This document shows positions 44,296-55,522 of a DNA stretch of 64,000 nt, piece after piece. Position numbers and translations under genes: made by a program. The notes below the pieces were generated by a model. That model did no database searches. It was not told the DNA's origin and saw only the letters and a program-made list of their open reading frames with translations. The first letter of the stretch is position 1; the number at the start of each line of letters is the position of its first letter. The DNA comes from Thecamonas trahens ATCC 50062 (lineage: Eukaryota; Protista; Apusomonadida): contig NW_013657626.1 of the NCBI RefSeq assembly GCF_000142905.1, positions 62,001 to 126,000 of the forward strand. The letters run 5' to 3'.

Positions 44296-44805
44296 ATGGG
44301 CTGTGGAAGCTCACGGGCTATGGGCGAGGCTTCGGAAGGAGGCGGTCCCGGGCGGCGGCCCGTGCGCAAGGCCAGCGACCAAGACGGCGGTGGCGGTGGT
44401 GGAGGCGGAGGCGGCGATGGTGGCGATGGTGGCAGCAGAGGCGACAGCAGCGGAGGCGAGCCTGTGGCGCACGGCGCTACGTTGGTCGAGGGCGAGGGTG
44501 ATGAGGAGTTCTCGCTGACGGCCGTGCCGGCGGCCAAGGTCGGGGCGCCGGTCTCGGTCTTCTGGACCGCTCCGCGCATCAAAGCCGGCGACTGGATCGG
44601 CCTGTACCCCGCCGATGCGCCGGACGACACGGGCCGTGCAGGCCGCTGGCGCCGCGAGTTGGACGCGGGTGCCGCGCTGGTCGGCCTATTTAACTTTGAC
44701 GGCGATCTCCTGCCGGATGAGCCTGGCTCGTACGTCTTCCGCTTCCATGGACCCGACGGCGCGCGGCTGGCCGAGTCGGAGCCCATTGCCATCACCGCCT
44801 CCTAG
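44296..44805 (+). CDS. Small, probably N-acylated protein with a SKICH-like beta domain
   Basis: MGCGSS N-terminus (myristoylation/palmitoylation consensus), Gly linker, then VSVFW..GDWIGLY...LLPDEPGSYVFRFH...AESEP. Confidence 0.65.
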   Translation: MGCGSSRAMGEASEGGGPGRRPVRKASDQDGGGGGGGGGGDGGDGGSRGDSSGGEPVAHGATLVEGEGDEEFSLTAVPAAKVGAPVSVFWTAPRIKAGDWIGLYPADAPDDTGRAGRWRRELDAGAALVGLFNFDGDLLPDEPGSYVFRFHGPDGARLAESEPIAITAS

Positions 44806-44884
44806 CACTGCCGCATGCAGTCGCTGCCGCTGCTGCTACCGCTGCTACACGAAACGCTGCGCGGGAAGGCGAACAAGCACAAGC

Positions 44885-47848
44885 CTACTCTTTAGCCGGA
44901 ATCGGGCCGACAAGAACCTTGCCGTCGGAGCAGCCGACGGCGAGAATGCCCATGTTGGGCCCGTATGCGATGGAAGTGAGGGCGTCGGCAGAGACCTGGG
45001 TCGCCGGCAACGACTCGGACGAGTATCCGAGGCTGTTAGCGGTGAGGTTGAGGACAGCGAGCGAGCCGTCCGAGTGTGCAACGGCAAGGACCGCCTCCTC
45101 CATCGCCAGGGCGACCGCCATGACTCCCGACCCCACATTCCACTCGGTGATCGAGCTATTGGTCACCGTGTCCCACACCCGCGCTACGCCGAGCGCATCG
45201 ACGGAGAGCACCGACTCGCGCTTGTCCAGCGAGTGGACGGTAAAGTGAGACGATCCTTTTGCCGGCAGCGGCGGCGCAAAGATGGCGACGAGCGGCGCGA
45301 CGTGTTCCTGGAAGCAAGTCAGCTGCTCCGACGAGCGCAAGTCGTACACCCGCACCTTGCCAAACGAACCACCGACAAGGAGCAGGTGGTCTTCGACGCC
45401 AAACGCCATGTGAGTCACCGTCTCACGAACGCCCGACTGCGCACCGATGGCAATCTTGCGAACGAGGCTCGCGGTCCGCACGTCGTAGATCTCAACCGTT
45501 CCGCGCATGCCAAGCACCAGCTGCTTCCCGTCTCTAGCAAAGCGCAAGGCCGTCACCGGCGCCGTCGTCTGGATGCTCTTGAGCACTCGTCCGGCACCCC
45601 AGTTGAAGATGCGGGCGAGGCCGACCTGCTTCGAGCCGGTGCGCTCCCGCCCGGCAGCAGCCAGCAGCATGCCCTTGGGGTGAAACTCGAGGACAGCGAC
45701 AGAGCCATCGCTACTGGCGTCAGCCCGCGACACATCCAACCACTCGCGCGCACGCCCGTTGGCATTGAGCATGGTAACCTTGATCGAGCCGTCGGCCGAC
45801 GCAGACGCCAGCGGCCGTCCGTCGTCGATGGCTACTTCGCTGAGCGCAATGGCGCGGACGGCGGAGGCTCCGTGGTTGGTGACGGCGGTAAGCGAGCGTG
45901 GTTTGTCTTCGTCCCCAGGCTCGGGCGAGATCTCCTTGACCTCGACCCCGCCATAACGAACCGACTTGCCGCGACCTGGTTTGGGTCGCCGCTCGCGCGA
46001 CCGGCGCATCCCGCTCCCGCCGGCTGGTGCAGCCGATCCGCCGAGCGCGTGCCTGTCGCTGGCACCGGCGTCTGCGCCTCCCCCTGCATTGGCACCATTG
46101 ATGTACAACTCGACTTCGTCCTCGTACACGTACATGTACGTGCCCGACGATGACGTCGTGCCCGATGAGCTCGAGTCTGATGAGCTCGCGCCCGACGTTA
46201 CGACCTCTGGAATGGTGCCCGATCCCGACATTGAGCCACGCAAGTGTCGCGGGAACTTTGGACTCGAAGGCGACTGTGGCGCAGAGGAGCAGACCGAGCC
46301 CGAGCGTGGGGAGCCGACGACGCTGCTCGACCGCGCCAACCGGCCAACGGAGCTTCCGAACGAGCCACGAGAGGTCGTGGCGTTGAAAGGCATGGATGAG
46401 TAGCGCTCGAGCGTCTCGCTATCGCGCTGCTTCCGCTTCACCTTGGCAAGCTCGAACCGCAGCTCGCGGACCTTGTCTTCCCAGGTGCGGCAGCGGTCGC
46501 AGACCCGCGTGGCCTTGCGCTCGCGGTCGAGCACCTCCTCCAGTGCAAAGTACTGCTTCTCCAGCGCCTCGTACTCGCGTTTGGACACAGTGTCGCGTGA
46601 GGAGAGTCGCGACTGCATCCGCCGGCGAGCGTCCTGCCGCTCGCGGCGCTCGGCGTCCAGGGATGCCTTGGCGCGCCTAGTCCGCCCCACAAGCTTGGAC
46701 ATGATGGCCGCGCCCGGGCCGGCGCCCTTGCGCAAATACGCGGCGACGCGACGGGCATTGCGGGTCTCCTCGCGGAGTGAGGTCATCAGCGATCTCAAAG
46801 CCGCAAGCTGCGGGCCGACGCGAAAGGCTGCCGGAGACCGCGCCTGTGCCAGTCTCGCCTCCAGCTGCGACATCCGCGGCTGCGCCGTCGCAACCTGCCC
46901 CTGCACCACTTGCTCGTAGTCGTGAAACTCGTCCATGAACGCGCTGGTCATCCCATGGCTCGCGACGTGGTCTTTCAGCACCTCGCCCTCAAGCGCCACG
47001 TCTTCGAGTTCGTCGGCTAGCCGCCGCGCCGCGTCGGCCTCGTCACTCAGCAGCTCGTCGACGTTCTGCTGCGCAGCCTCGAGCGCCACACCAATCGAGT
47101 CGTCTACATCCAGCATGTTCTCTTCCAGCTGCGCGTAGTCGTGCTGCCAGCCGTCGGCCCAGATCCGCAGCGCGTCGTCGAGCGACGCCCGCGCCCGATC
47201 CATCGACCGCGCCAGCGAGCCTAGCGCCTCGACCATGGCCCGTGCTTCGTGCGCGTCGCGCTCCAATCGGCTACGAGCCTTGGCCAGGCCTTTGCGTGCC
47301 CGAGCCATCTTGGCGGACGACGACGAGTCTGCCAACGAACGCAGCTCGCGCGCTCGCTGCGCAGCCTCCAGCTGCAGCTTGACCACCAGCGCCTCTCCGA
47401 GCGCCTGCGACGTCGCACACGGCCTGCCATCATCCGGTCCATCTCGGCCACCGCGCCGCCTGCTACTCCTGCTCGATCCAGCTGTGCTCGGGCGGCCTTT
47501 AGCCGGCGATGCCGAGAGCTGCAAGTCAGCCAGCCTCGCCGAGAGCCTTGACACCGACACGGCCGACCGACTCGGAGTGTACGAACTCCGCACCAGCTCC
47601 TCCATGCGGCCCGCACCATCATCGTCCCAGCGCCTCGGGGCCCGTGACCCACCTGCTGACACCGGCCTCCGCCTCCGTCGCCCAGGCGAGCTCCCACCGT
47701 CCTCCATCACCTCTTCCGCTCGGCTATCCCCGCCGCCGCCACCCTCACCACCGCCACCACCCCTGCCAAGCCTAGCCCCACCCGTAGCCCCGCTACCCCG
47801 CCTCCGCCGCCCACCAGACGCCGTGTTGGGTCGTTCTCGCCCGTGCAT
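44885..47848 (-). CDS. Coiled-coil plus C-terminal WD40-repeat protein
   Basis: Long heptad-rich region, then LASASADGSIKV, LEFHPKG, KVRVYDLRS and ARVWD repeats. First ATG at 47848. Confidence 0.8.
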   Translation of the reverse strand: MHGRERPNTASGGRRRRGSGATGGARLGRGGGGGEGGGGGDSRAEEVMEDGGSSPGRRRRRPVSAGGSRAPRRWDDDGAGRMEELVRSSYTPSRSAVSVSRLSARLADLQLSASPAKGRPSTAGSSRSSRRRGGRDGPDDGRPCATSQALGEALVVKLQLEAAQRARELRSLADSSSSAKMARARKGLAKARSRLERDAHEARAMVEALGSLARSMDRARASLDDALRIWADGWQHDYAQLEENMLDVDDSIGVALEAAQQNVDELLSDEADAARRLADELEDVALEGEVLKDHVASHGMTSAFMDEFHDYEQVVQGQVATAQPRMSQLEARLAQARSPAAFRVGPQLAALRSLMTSLREETRNARRVAAYLRKGAGPGAAIMSKLVGRTRRAKASLDAERRERQDARRRMQSRLSSRDTVSKREYEALEKQYFALEEVLDRERKATRVCDRCRTWEDKVRELRFELAKVKRKQRDSETLERYSSMPFNATTSRGSFGSSVGRLARSSSVVGSPRSGSVCSSAPQSPSSPKFPRHLRGSMSGSGTIPEVVTSGASSSDSSSSGTTSSSGTYMYVYEDEVELYINGANAGGGADAGASDRHALGGSAAPAGGSGMRRSRERRPKPGRGKSVRYGGVEVKEISPEPGDEDKPRSLTAVTNHGASAVRAIALSEVAIDDGRPLASASADGSIKVTMLNANGRAREWLDVSRADASSDGSVAVLEFHPKGMLLAAAGRERTGSKQVGLARIFNWGAGRVLKSIQTTAPVTALRFARDGKQLVLGMRGTVEIYDVRTASLVRKIAIGAQSGVRETVTHMAFGVEDHLLLVGGSFGKVRVYDLRSSEQLTCFQEHVAPLVAIFAPPLPAKGSSHFTVHSLDKRESVLSVDALGVARVWDTVTNSSITEWNVGSGVMAVALAMEEAVLAVAHSDGSLAVLNLTANSLGYSSESLPATQVSADALTSIAYGPNMGILAVGCSDGKVLVGPIPAKE

Positions 47849-48068
47849 GCCCAACCCTCCTCTGCGGCTGTGTGCTCTTGAGTGTGGTGTGCTACGTGGT
47901 ATGTGGTATGTGGTACGGGCGGGGGGTTGCACGGAGGGGGGGGGGGACTTTGCTTCGGTTGCTGTCTTGATGCGTGGTCCGCAGTTTGGCGGCAAATGTT
48001 GTTAAAATGATCGAGCCAGAAGGAGCCAGGTGGGACGGGGGTCACTTGTCGGCGGGTCGGAGAGAGCC

Positions 48069-51000
48069 ATGACGGACGGGTGGAGTCTCCCGGCGACACC
48101 CAGCCATGCGTACCTTCTCTCGGATACCGACTCTGACTCTGAGCTGTACCCGCACCTTGCTGCACCCTCCTCGCCGCCTTCCCTGGACCACCACCTGGCC
48201 GACGAGTTGGAGGCTGAGATCGCCGCCGCCGCCGCCGCTCTCACTGCTGCTCCGCTTGCGCCGTCCCAGTCGGCGTCGGAAGACCCCGCTACATCCGACA
48301 CAACTGCGGGTGGTCGGCTCGCTGCCGAGTCGGGCCTGCTCTCTATCGCACAGCTGGAGGCGGTTCTGGCCCGGACCGGCGAAGAGGCGGATGCCGACCA
48401 CAGCCTCGCTCGCTCGCAACACGATGCTCTCGATCAGGAGCTGGACGCCATGTACGAGGCGAGGGTCGACGCCCAGGCTGCGGCCGCAGAAGTGGAGAGC
48501 TACCGGTTGCAGACCGCCCTCGAAGACGCCGCGTACTTTCGGGATGTCATGGACTTTGCCGCTGGAAACAGCATCGGGCGGCAGGAAGAGCAGCAAGGCG
48601 ATGGAGCCGACGTCGAGGCGGGCGCAGCGACGCCTGAGGTGGCGGCAGCTGAAGCTGAAGCTGCGGCTGTGGCGGCCAAGGCTGCCGAGGCTGCGGCCTT
48701 GGCCGAATTGGAGGTGCGGCTGGCTGCAGAGCGTGAGGCCGCCGAGGCCGAGGCTCGGAAGAGGCAGGCGGCCATCGAGGCCCAGCTGCAAGAGTCACGC
48801 CGCGCGCAGGCGCTGGCCCGCAAGCAGCTCGAGGAAGAACAAGCCGCTGAGGCTGCTGCCCGAGCGCGCGAGCTGGAGATGCTAGCGCGAGCCGAGGAGG
48901 AAGAGCGCGCCCGAGAGGCCGATCGCGACACCCGCCGCCAGGCTGCCGAGGCCCGGCTGCGTGCCGCCGAGCTCGCTGCTCAGGCCGAGGCCGAGGCTGA
49001 GCGTATGGCCGCCGAAGAAGCTCGTCTCGTCGCCGAGCGTGAGGCCGCCCGTCTCGCCGCCGAGCGCGAAGCCGCCCGCCTTGCCGCCGAGCGCGAAGCC
49101 GCCCGTCTCGCCGCCGAGCGCAAAGCCGCCCGCCTAGCCGCCGAGCAGAGAGCCGCGCTCCGCCAGGCTCAGCAGACGCTGGCAGCTGACATCACCCGTG
49201 GGCGCTGGTCCGAGTACGTTGATCCGGTGCTTCTGGCTTGTCGGCGGGAGACGGACCCAACCTGTCCCGCAGCAGAAGCGACAGCACCTCTCGAGGCGCT
49301 GGCTGCGGCTGAGCGACTGGCACCACTGCGTCCGTCGCCACCGGCAGCAGCTGGCTCGTCGGCAGGCGAGGACCAGGTGGACGAAGACGACAGCTCGCCG
49401 CTTGCACCGTTCCATCTGGCGATGAATTACGCACCGAACACGCCGATGACAGAGGTCAAGGTGGTGAGTGTGCAGGTCGAAGGCATTACAACGCTTGCAG
49501 ACGCGCTGGCTGACGTTCCAGCTATTGTCTCGCTCAATCTCAACACCAACGCGCTGACGCGGGTGGGCGATCTGAGCGCAAATCGCGAACTCGCCATTGT
49601 CAAGGTTGCCGACAACAAGGTGGCGGCTCTCGACGGCCTTGCGCCGCTGCGCAAGCTCCGGTGGTTGGACGTGTCGGTTAACGCGCTGACCCGCCTCGGA
49701 CCGAGTGTACGGCGGCTGGAGAGTCTAGTGCGGCTAGAGGCGAACAACAACTCGCTGTTTAGCCTTGCAGACGTGCCGGCGTCTCCGAACCTGGTCGAGC
49801 TTGCTGCCTACCGCAACAGGCTTTCATCGCTTGATGCATTGCCGAGACTGCCGTCACTGACCGCACTCGACGTGGGCCGCAACGAGCTTGCCACGCTTCC
49901 GGGCAACATTCTAGCCCGAGCGCCGCACCTGATCAAGCTCGTGGCGTACGAGAATGCGCTGAGGGAGCTTCCGGAAGTGGCAGCGACACCGCTTCTATCG
50001 TCGCTATGGGTCAACGGCAACGCGCTGAGTGGGACGCCGTGCGTCGATGGCCGGGAAGTGCCGCTGCTGCGTGAGCTGTATCTGGGCGAGAATGCTCAAG
50101 TGACCTCGCTGCGCATGCCACACATGCTGCCCTTCCTCCACTCACTGCACCTCCCGTTCACGAGTCTGGAACTCTTGGACGACCTGGAGCGGATGCTGCG
50201 AGCAACACCGCTGCTCTCGTCGCTGCGAATCCATGACACACCGCTGGCGAGGTCAGCGGCAGCCGGCGCGGTGCCGCTGGTGTGCTCTGCGCTGCTGCCG
50301 TGCCTGTCGGAGCTGGATATGAATCCGTTTGAGCGCGTGGCATCAGTGGCACTCGCGGCAATTGCGGCAACCGACGGTGGCGCAGCTCGGCATCGCCGTG
50401 TACTGCGAGAGCGGGGCGCACGGCTGGCGGCAACGCTGCGGACATCCCGACCGGCGTGCTGGCGAACCGGGCAGCAGTGCGCTCCACGCGCATCGGAGCC
50501 GGCTACTCAGTGGTGGTTGCTCCACGCCACCAAGGCGGCCCGGGTCGAGGCGCTTGCCAGCGCCGGTGCGCGGCGAGTTCGACTCGCGCCGTTTGGGCCA
50601 CAAGCTGCTGGACTGCCCGAGGCCGAGCGCGTGCTTCTGGGCGACGAGGCGCGACTGGAGGTGCTGGGCGAGCAGGCGAGCCTGGCTCAGGCGCTTGCCC
50701 AGCTCACCAGGCTTACACTCACGACTGCAGTTCCTGCGGGGTACGTGGATGCTGTGCGAGAGCGGGCCGAGACCAAAGCGGTGATCACGCTCCAGCGGTG
50801 GTGGCGGCGATCGCTGGACAAGCGGGCGGCTGCAGCGAGCCACGCTGCCAGCGTGATTGCGGCGGCCTGGCGTGGGTATGCAGTTCGGACCAAGAGCACG
50901 GCGCCGGGGCCGACGGCGTGGCGGGCACGGTCAAGGACAAGGGAGGCGGCGGCAACCAAGGTGCAGGCGGTGTGGCGTGGGGCGCGGATGCGGCTGCGGC

Positions 51001-51953
51001 TGGCACGGGCGCGCGAGGCTGCGCGAGCTGGCTTGTGGGATGATGACGATCTTGACGAGTTTGATGACGAGCTGGACACCGAGTGGTTGACTCAGGGAGC
51101 GCCGAGCTCGGGCCTCTCGCTCGACTCTCTGCCTGCAGTCCAGCTAGATGCGGCGACAGTGGCGTCGATTGCACAGGCGTGGTCGACGCCGCCGGCGCCT
51201 GCTCCAGCAACGGGCGGGCGGAGCGAAGCTAGCAGCAGCGTAGTGTTGATCTCTTCCGCCAGCGCGGAGACTGGCGACGGAGGGTCATGCGAGTCAAGCG
51301 GTGACGATGGCTACGTACCGGTGTACCGGGCGCCAGGCTCGCGGGAGCGGATTGTGGGGGGTGTTGCGCCACAAGCAGCGTCGCCGACGACAGCGCGGCC
51401 GAGCTCTGCGGCGACCAACACGTCGTTTGAGTCGACGCTCACGACGACTTCGTCGTCGACGGCATCCCCGGAGGAGCCGCGTCGGAGCTCACGCGGCGCA
51501 GTACCGGCTAAGGTCCAGGACATGGCCGCGGAGTGGGGCATCACCAACCCGGCGACGATTGCGGCAATGGCACGGAAGCAGTCGCGGATGAAGCGGCTGA
51601 TGAATGCCAAACAGCGGCGGCGCAAAATGGCGGACCCGTCGGTGCGGATGGAGGCGTTCCGCAAGCGCAACGCGCTGCCGTCGCGTGAGAAGCCATACAA
51701 GCCTGTGACGCCCGTGTACGCCAAGGCACGGGTGGTGGCGGCCCGCAAGCATCGGCGGCCCAAACGGCCGCGGCCTGGGTACATGCAGCCATCCCCGCAG
51801 GCGCAGCGACGGCAGGCATCAGCAGTGGCGACAAGCGACGAGGAGGACGAGTATATTGAGGCGGTGGCGATCGGCATGCGTCCAACGACGCCACTCGAGC
51901 TCCGATCCGTGTCGTCTGCAGGCTCCGAGGGCTACGTCCTACCGCAGCTGTAA
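48069..51953 (+). CDS. LRR and IQ-motif protein, LRRIQ1-like
   Basis: Charged helical region, about 10 LxxLxLxxN repeats, three IQ-like motifs (LQRWWR, IAAAWRGY, VQAVWRGA), and C-terminal EWGITNPAT..M..RMK resembling the LRRIQ1 end motif. Confidence 0.8.
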   Translation: MTDGWSLPATPSHAYLLSDTDSDSELYPHLAAPSSPPSLDHHLADELEAEIAAAAAALTAAPLAPSQSASEDPATSDTTAGGRLAAESGLLSIAQLEAVLARTGEEADADHSLARSQHDALDQELDAMYEARVDAQAAAAEVESYRLQTALEDAAYFRDVMDFAAGNSIGRQEEQQGDGADVEAGAATPEVAAAEAEAAAVAAKAAEAAALAELEVRLAAEREAAEAEARKRQAAIEAQLQESRRAQALARKQLEEEQAAEAAARARELEMLARAEEEERAREADRDTRRQAAEARLRAAELAAQAEAEAERMAAEEARLVAEREAARLAAEREAARLAAEREAARLAAERKAARLAAEQRAALRQAQQTLAADITRGRWSEYVDPVLLACRRETDPTCPAAEATAPLEALAAAERLAPLRPSPPAAAGSSAGEDQVDEDDSSPLAPFHLAMNYAPNTPMTEVKVVSVQVEGITTLADALADVPAIVSLNLNTNALTRVGDLSANRELAIVKVADNKVAALDGLAPLRKLRWLDVSVNALTRLGPSVRRLESLVRLEANNNSLFSLADVPASPNLVELAAYRNRLSSLDALPRLPSLTALDVGRNELATLPGNILARAPHLIKLVAYENALRELPEVAATPLLSSLWVNGNALSGTPCVDGREVPLLRELYLGENAQVTSLRMPHMLPFLHSLHLPFTSLELLDDLERMLRATPLLSSLRIHDTPLARSAAAGAVPLVCSALLPCLSELDMNPFERVASVALAAIAATDGGAARHRRVLRERGARLAATLRTSRPACWRTGQQCAPRASEPATQWWLLHATKAARVEALASAGARRVRLAPFGPQAAGLPEAERVLLGDEARLEVLGEQASLAQALAQLTRLTLTTAVPAGYVDAVRERAETKAVITLQRWWRRSLDKRAAAASHAASVIAAAWRGYAVRTKSTAPGPTAWRARSRTREAAATKVQAVWRGARMRLRLARAREAARAGLWDDDDLDEFDDELDTEWLTQGAPSSGLSLDSLPAVQLDAATVASIAQAWSTPPAPAPATGGRSEASSSVVLISSASAETGDGGSCESSGDDGYVPVYRAPGSRERIVGGVAPQAASPTTARPSSAATNTSFESTLTTTSSSTASPEEPRRSSRGAVPAKVQDMAAEWGITNPATIAAMARKQSRMKRLMNAKQRRRKMADPSVRMEAFRKRNALPSREKPYKPVTPVYAKARVVAARKHRRPKRPRPGYMQPSPQAQRRQASAVATSDEEDEYIEAVAIGMRPTTPLELRSVSSAGSEGYVLPQL

Positions 51954-52036
51954 GCCCCTAACGGGTGAGAGAGTGCGTGTGTGTGCGTGTGTGTGTGTGT
52001 ACTCGTTGAGATGTGTTGAGGAAGGATCGTTGGCGG

Positions 52037-52618
52037 CTAGGCGTCGTCAGCGTCAAAGGAGGGCTTCTGGGCGATGGCACCGCACTGGCGGCAGGTCCGG
52101 AGAGCCTCGTCGGCGTAAAAGGTGTTGACGACGGCTTCGATTTGCTTGGGCAGGTTCGTGCAGTGGAACTCGTCCATGTAGAGCAGCTCATGGCAGTCGT
52201 CGCAGTAGAAGGCGAGGCGATCGATGTGGTGAGGATCACGCTTGCGTTCGACGACGAGACCGACGGTGCCAGCTGGTCTCTGAGGAGAGTGCGGCACGTT
52301 TGGCGGGAGGAGGAAGACATCGCCTTGCTTGATGGTCACATCCTTGAACTCGCCATTGTCGATGACCTTGAGCACCATATCGCCCGTCAGCTGCATGAAA
52401 AACTCCTCTGTCTCGTTGATGTGGTAGTCGGCACGGATGTTGGGGCCCGAGACACAGATGATGACATACGAGTCCGAAGCCGGGAACATGTTGACGGCTC
52501 CCACCGGCGGGAGCATGGCCGTCTTGTTTGCCTCCACCCACTCACTGAGGGAGAACGCATCGCTCACCGCACGCGTCGTCTGCTCCGTCTCGGCCTGCGT
52601 TGTCTGCTTCTCTGCCAT
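52037..52618 (-). CDS. HAAO: 3-hydroxyanthranilate 3,4-dioxygenase (single-domain BNA1-type, kynurenine/NAD pathway)
   Basis: LPPVG, GPNIRADYHINETEEFFMQL.GDM.LKV, PPNVPHSPQR, GLVVERKR, and CxxC...CxxC rubredoxin-like cysteines. Confidence 0.96.
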   Translation of the reverse strand: MAEKQTTQAETEQTTRAVSDAFSLSEWVEANKTAMLPPVGAVNMFPASDSYVIICVSGPNIRADYHINETEEFFMQLTGDMVLKVIDNGEFKDVTIKQGDVFLLPPNVPHSPQRPAGTVGLVVERKRDPHHIDRLAFYCDDCHELLYMDEFHCTNLPKQIEAVVNTFYADEALRTCRQCGAIAQKPSFDADDA

Positions 52619-52740
52619 GGCTTGTCAGAGTGAGGTCTGCTCGGTGCCGGGTCGACGGTGGTCATGTGGGTGAGTGGGGGTCGGGCGAGGGGGGCTGAAG
52701 GCCGGCCATGTCAGCGGGATGATGTTAGTTCCACGACGCC

Positions 52741-52962
52741 GGCTTGTCCGGGCACTGATCCGTACACTGATCCGTACACTGGTCCGTGCACTGATGCTGG
52801 CTTGTCCAGGCACTGATCCGGGCACTGATCTGGTCCGTGCACTGATGCTGGCTTGTCCGGGCACTGATCCGTACACTGGTCCGTGCACTGGTCCGTGCAC
52901 TGATGCTGGCTTGTCCGGGCACTGATCCGTACACTGGTCCGTGCACTGATGCTGGCTTGTCT
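52741..52962. repeat. Higher-order minisatellite of GGCTTGTCCGGG, CACTGRTCCGTR and CACTGATGCT modules
   Basis: About four higher-order units of ~46-58 bp, 120-340 nt upstream of HAAO. Confidence 0.85.
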
Positions 52963-53039
52963 GAGCAAAGATGCATCTCATTAGAGTGGAATCAAGGGTG
53001 GGGGTGGGGTGAAGGGGGGTGCACCTGCAACACTACAGG

Positions 53040-53481
53040 NNNNNNNNNNNNNNNNNNNNNNNNNNNNNNNNNNNNNNNNNNNNNNNNNNNNNNNNNNNNN
53101 NNNNNNNNNNNNNNNNNNNNNNNNNNNNNNNNNNNNNNNNNNNNNNNNNNNNNNNNNNNNNNNNNNNNNNNNNNNNNNNNNNNNNNNNNNNNNNNNNNNN
53201 NNNNNNNNNNNNNNNNNNNNNNNNNNNNNNNNNNNNNNNNNNNNNNNNNNNNNNNNNNNNNNNNNNNNNNNNNNNNNNNNNNNNNNNNNNNNNNNNNNNN
53301 NNNNNNNNNNNNNNNNNNNNNNNNNNNNNNNNNNNNNNNNNNNNNNNNNNNNNNNNNNNNNNNNNNNNNNNNNNNNNNNNNNNNNNNNNNNNNNNNNNNN
53401 NNNNNNNNNNNNNNNNNNNNNNNNNNNNNNNNNNNNNNNNNNNNNNNNNNNNNNNNNNNNNNNNNNNNNNNNNNNNNNNNN
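53040..53481. other. Assembly gap (442 N)
   Basis: N run. Confidence 0.95.
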
Positions 53482-53498
53482 GAGTAATCGGGGGGGGG

Positions 53499-55220
53499 CT
53501 AGTTTGGCTTGTGCCGCTTGAGGGCGCGTGGGTTGGGATGGACAGGGCGGTGACGGGCGGATGACGATGGCGGCGGCAGGCCGGATGGGGGCGGGGGTGG
53601 CGGGGGCGGCGGGGGGCCAGGTGGAAGTGGCGGGTGGCTGGGTGCAGACGGGCCAGCAGATGACGAGGTGACGGGCTTGAGAGCCGGGAGCGGGTACCTG
53701 AGCGGCTTGGTGTCCGCGGCAAAGGCGTCACATGTCGGGGCGGGCAGTTTGGCAAAGTACGGGTGTCTGAGGGCGTCTGCGCAGGTGATGCGGTCGTCGG
53801 GGTTGTAGGCTACCATGCGCTTGAGAAGATCGCAGGCCTGTGATGAGAGCAGGAGCTGCGGCTTGCGCAGCTTGCCGAGCTTGCGCAGGGTGGCGTCGAG
53901 CCTGCTCTCGACCCGAGTAAAGGCTGCCAGCTGGTTGGCGTGGGCCAGGTCGGCGAGGCCAGGCCAGGTGGCCGGGTCGGGGGTGCCGAGTATGTTGACA
54001 ATGGCCTCCATCTGGTGCGATTGGAAGGTCTTGATGTCAGAGGCCTTCTCCTCGATCTGCTTGCCCTTGAAGAGCACCTGGAGAAAAAGCAGTTCGGCAA
54101 AAATGACGCCGAGGGCCCAGACGTCGATGGCCGGCGTGTAGTGGCGCGCGCCCAGCAACAGTTCTGGGGCGCGGTACCAGAGGGTGGCGACAACCGGGTT
54201 GTTGGCGGTGAGGGCGACGGCAGGCGTCTTGAAGATGCGAGCCATGCCAAAGTCGGTGATCTTGATGTGGCCAAAGTGCGGGCCGTGGCCGTAGACAAGC
54301 ACGTTGGACGGCTTCATGTCGCGATGCATGACCCAGTTGGCGTGCATGTACTCGATGCCGCTCACGAGCTGCCACATCATCGACCGCACGGTCTCGGCCA
54401 TCAGCGGGTGCTTGCGCTTGGCGTGGTGAATGAGCAGCTTCTCCAGATCGTGCTCAACATACTCGAGCACTAGGAATGTCGAGCCGGATCCGGGCTCGAC
54501 TACGACGTCGTGGAGCGTGACCAGGCTCGGGTGCTTCAGCTCACGGAGGAGCGCCATCTCGCGGATGCCTGACAGCGGGATGCCATCGACCCTGTCCGCC
54601 CCGTTGAACTCCTTCAGCGCTACAATCTCGCTTGTCTGCGGCGCTGGCTCCGAGCCTGGCGTGGTACCGCGCACCATCTGGGCCTTGTACACCTTGCCGT
54701 ACGTACCCCGGCCAACCTCGGCCTCGAGCACGTATCGGTCCTGCCCAGCATTCCATCCGAATCCGATGACATGGCCCAAGCGTGGAGCATGCCGAGAGCC
54801 AATCGGAGCGATAGGATGCCCAAGCAGCGTGTATCCGAGGTGCGTGTGTCCAAGATGCGTGTGTCCGAGGGTGCGTGTGTTCGAGGTGCGTGTGTCCGAG
54901 ATGCGTGTGTCCGAGGGTGCGCGTGTCCAAGATGCGCGTGTCCGAGGGTGCGTGTGTCCAAGATGCGTGTTTGCGTATGTACGTGCATGTACGCATGTAT
55001 GTGTGCGTATGGATGTGTGTGTCCGGGTCAGATAAGGGCATCCGTGTGTTCATCACCAGTTGTCCGTCCGTCCGCAGTCAGTCCATGGTCACCCCCCCCC
55101 CCCCCCCCTTCCCCCTCCCCCTTCCCCCTCCCCCTCCCCCCCTCCCCCTCCCCCTTAGTCCCCTGTCCCCTCGTCCCGTACCACTCTTCCATCCCGGTGA
55201 TGCCGTTCCAGCTGCCGCAT
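53499..55220 (-). CDS. CDK8: Cyclin-dependent kinase 8 (Mediator kinase); exons 55220-55182 (inferred) and 54740-53499
   Basis: VGRGTYGKVYKA, REMALLREL.H, YMHANWVMHRDMKPSNVLV.G.GP..G.IKI.DFG, WYRAPELLLGARHYT.AID.W. A GTACGG..CAG intron 55181-54741 gives MRQLERHHRDGRV|DRYVLE. Confidence 0.9.
54827..54972. repeat. Intronic 15-17-bp minisatellite (TGCGTGTGTCCRAG-type, ~9 copies)
   Basis: Visible tandem units inside the inferred CDK8 intron. Confidence 0.85.
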
Positions 55221-55522
55221 GGCTCGTCTCGGCTGTTCTGGCGACAAGTCTGCCCGCCCGCTCCCACTCCTGCTCCCTGCGCCGTCCTCGCTGCTCGCTG
55301 CTCGCTGCCTGGCCAAAGCCCCTGCTCGTAGAGACAGCCGCTCAGCCCCCGAGTCGCACTGATTGGCCTCCTCTCGAAAATGTGGATGACGCCACACAGT
55401 CTCTTCCCAATCTTCCGGATCACTCGTCTGATCAGAAGGATACGGCCGGATCGGGCGAGGGAAGCATGCAGTCGAGGGCCGCAGCAGCGATGTCGCAGGT
55501 ACAGATATCGTCTGTCGTTTAT

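Noticed and set aside
54741-54779. Seventh +1 frameshift at the CDK8 start (MSSDSDGMLG/QDRY)
   Set aside because: Better explained by a phase-0 GTACGG..CAG intron (55181-54741) and a 13-codon first exon.
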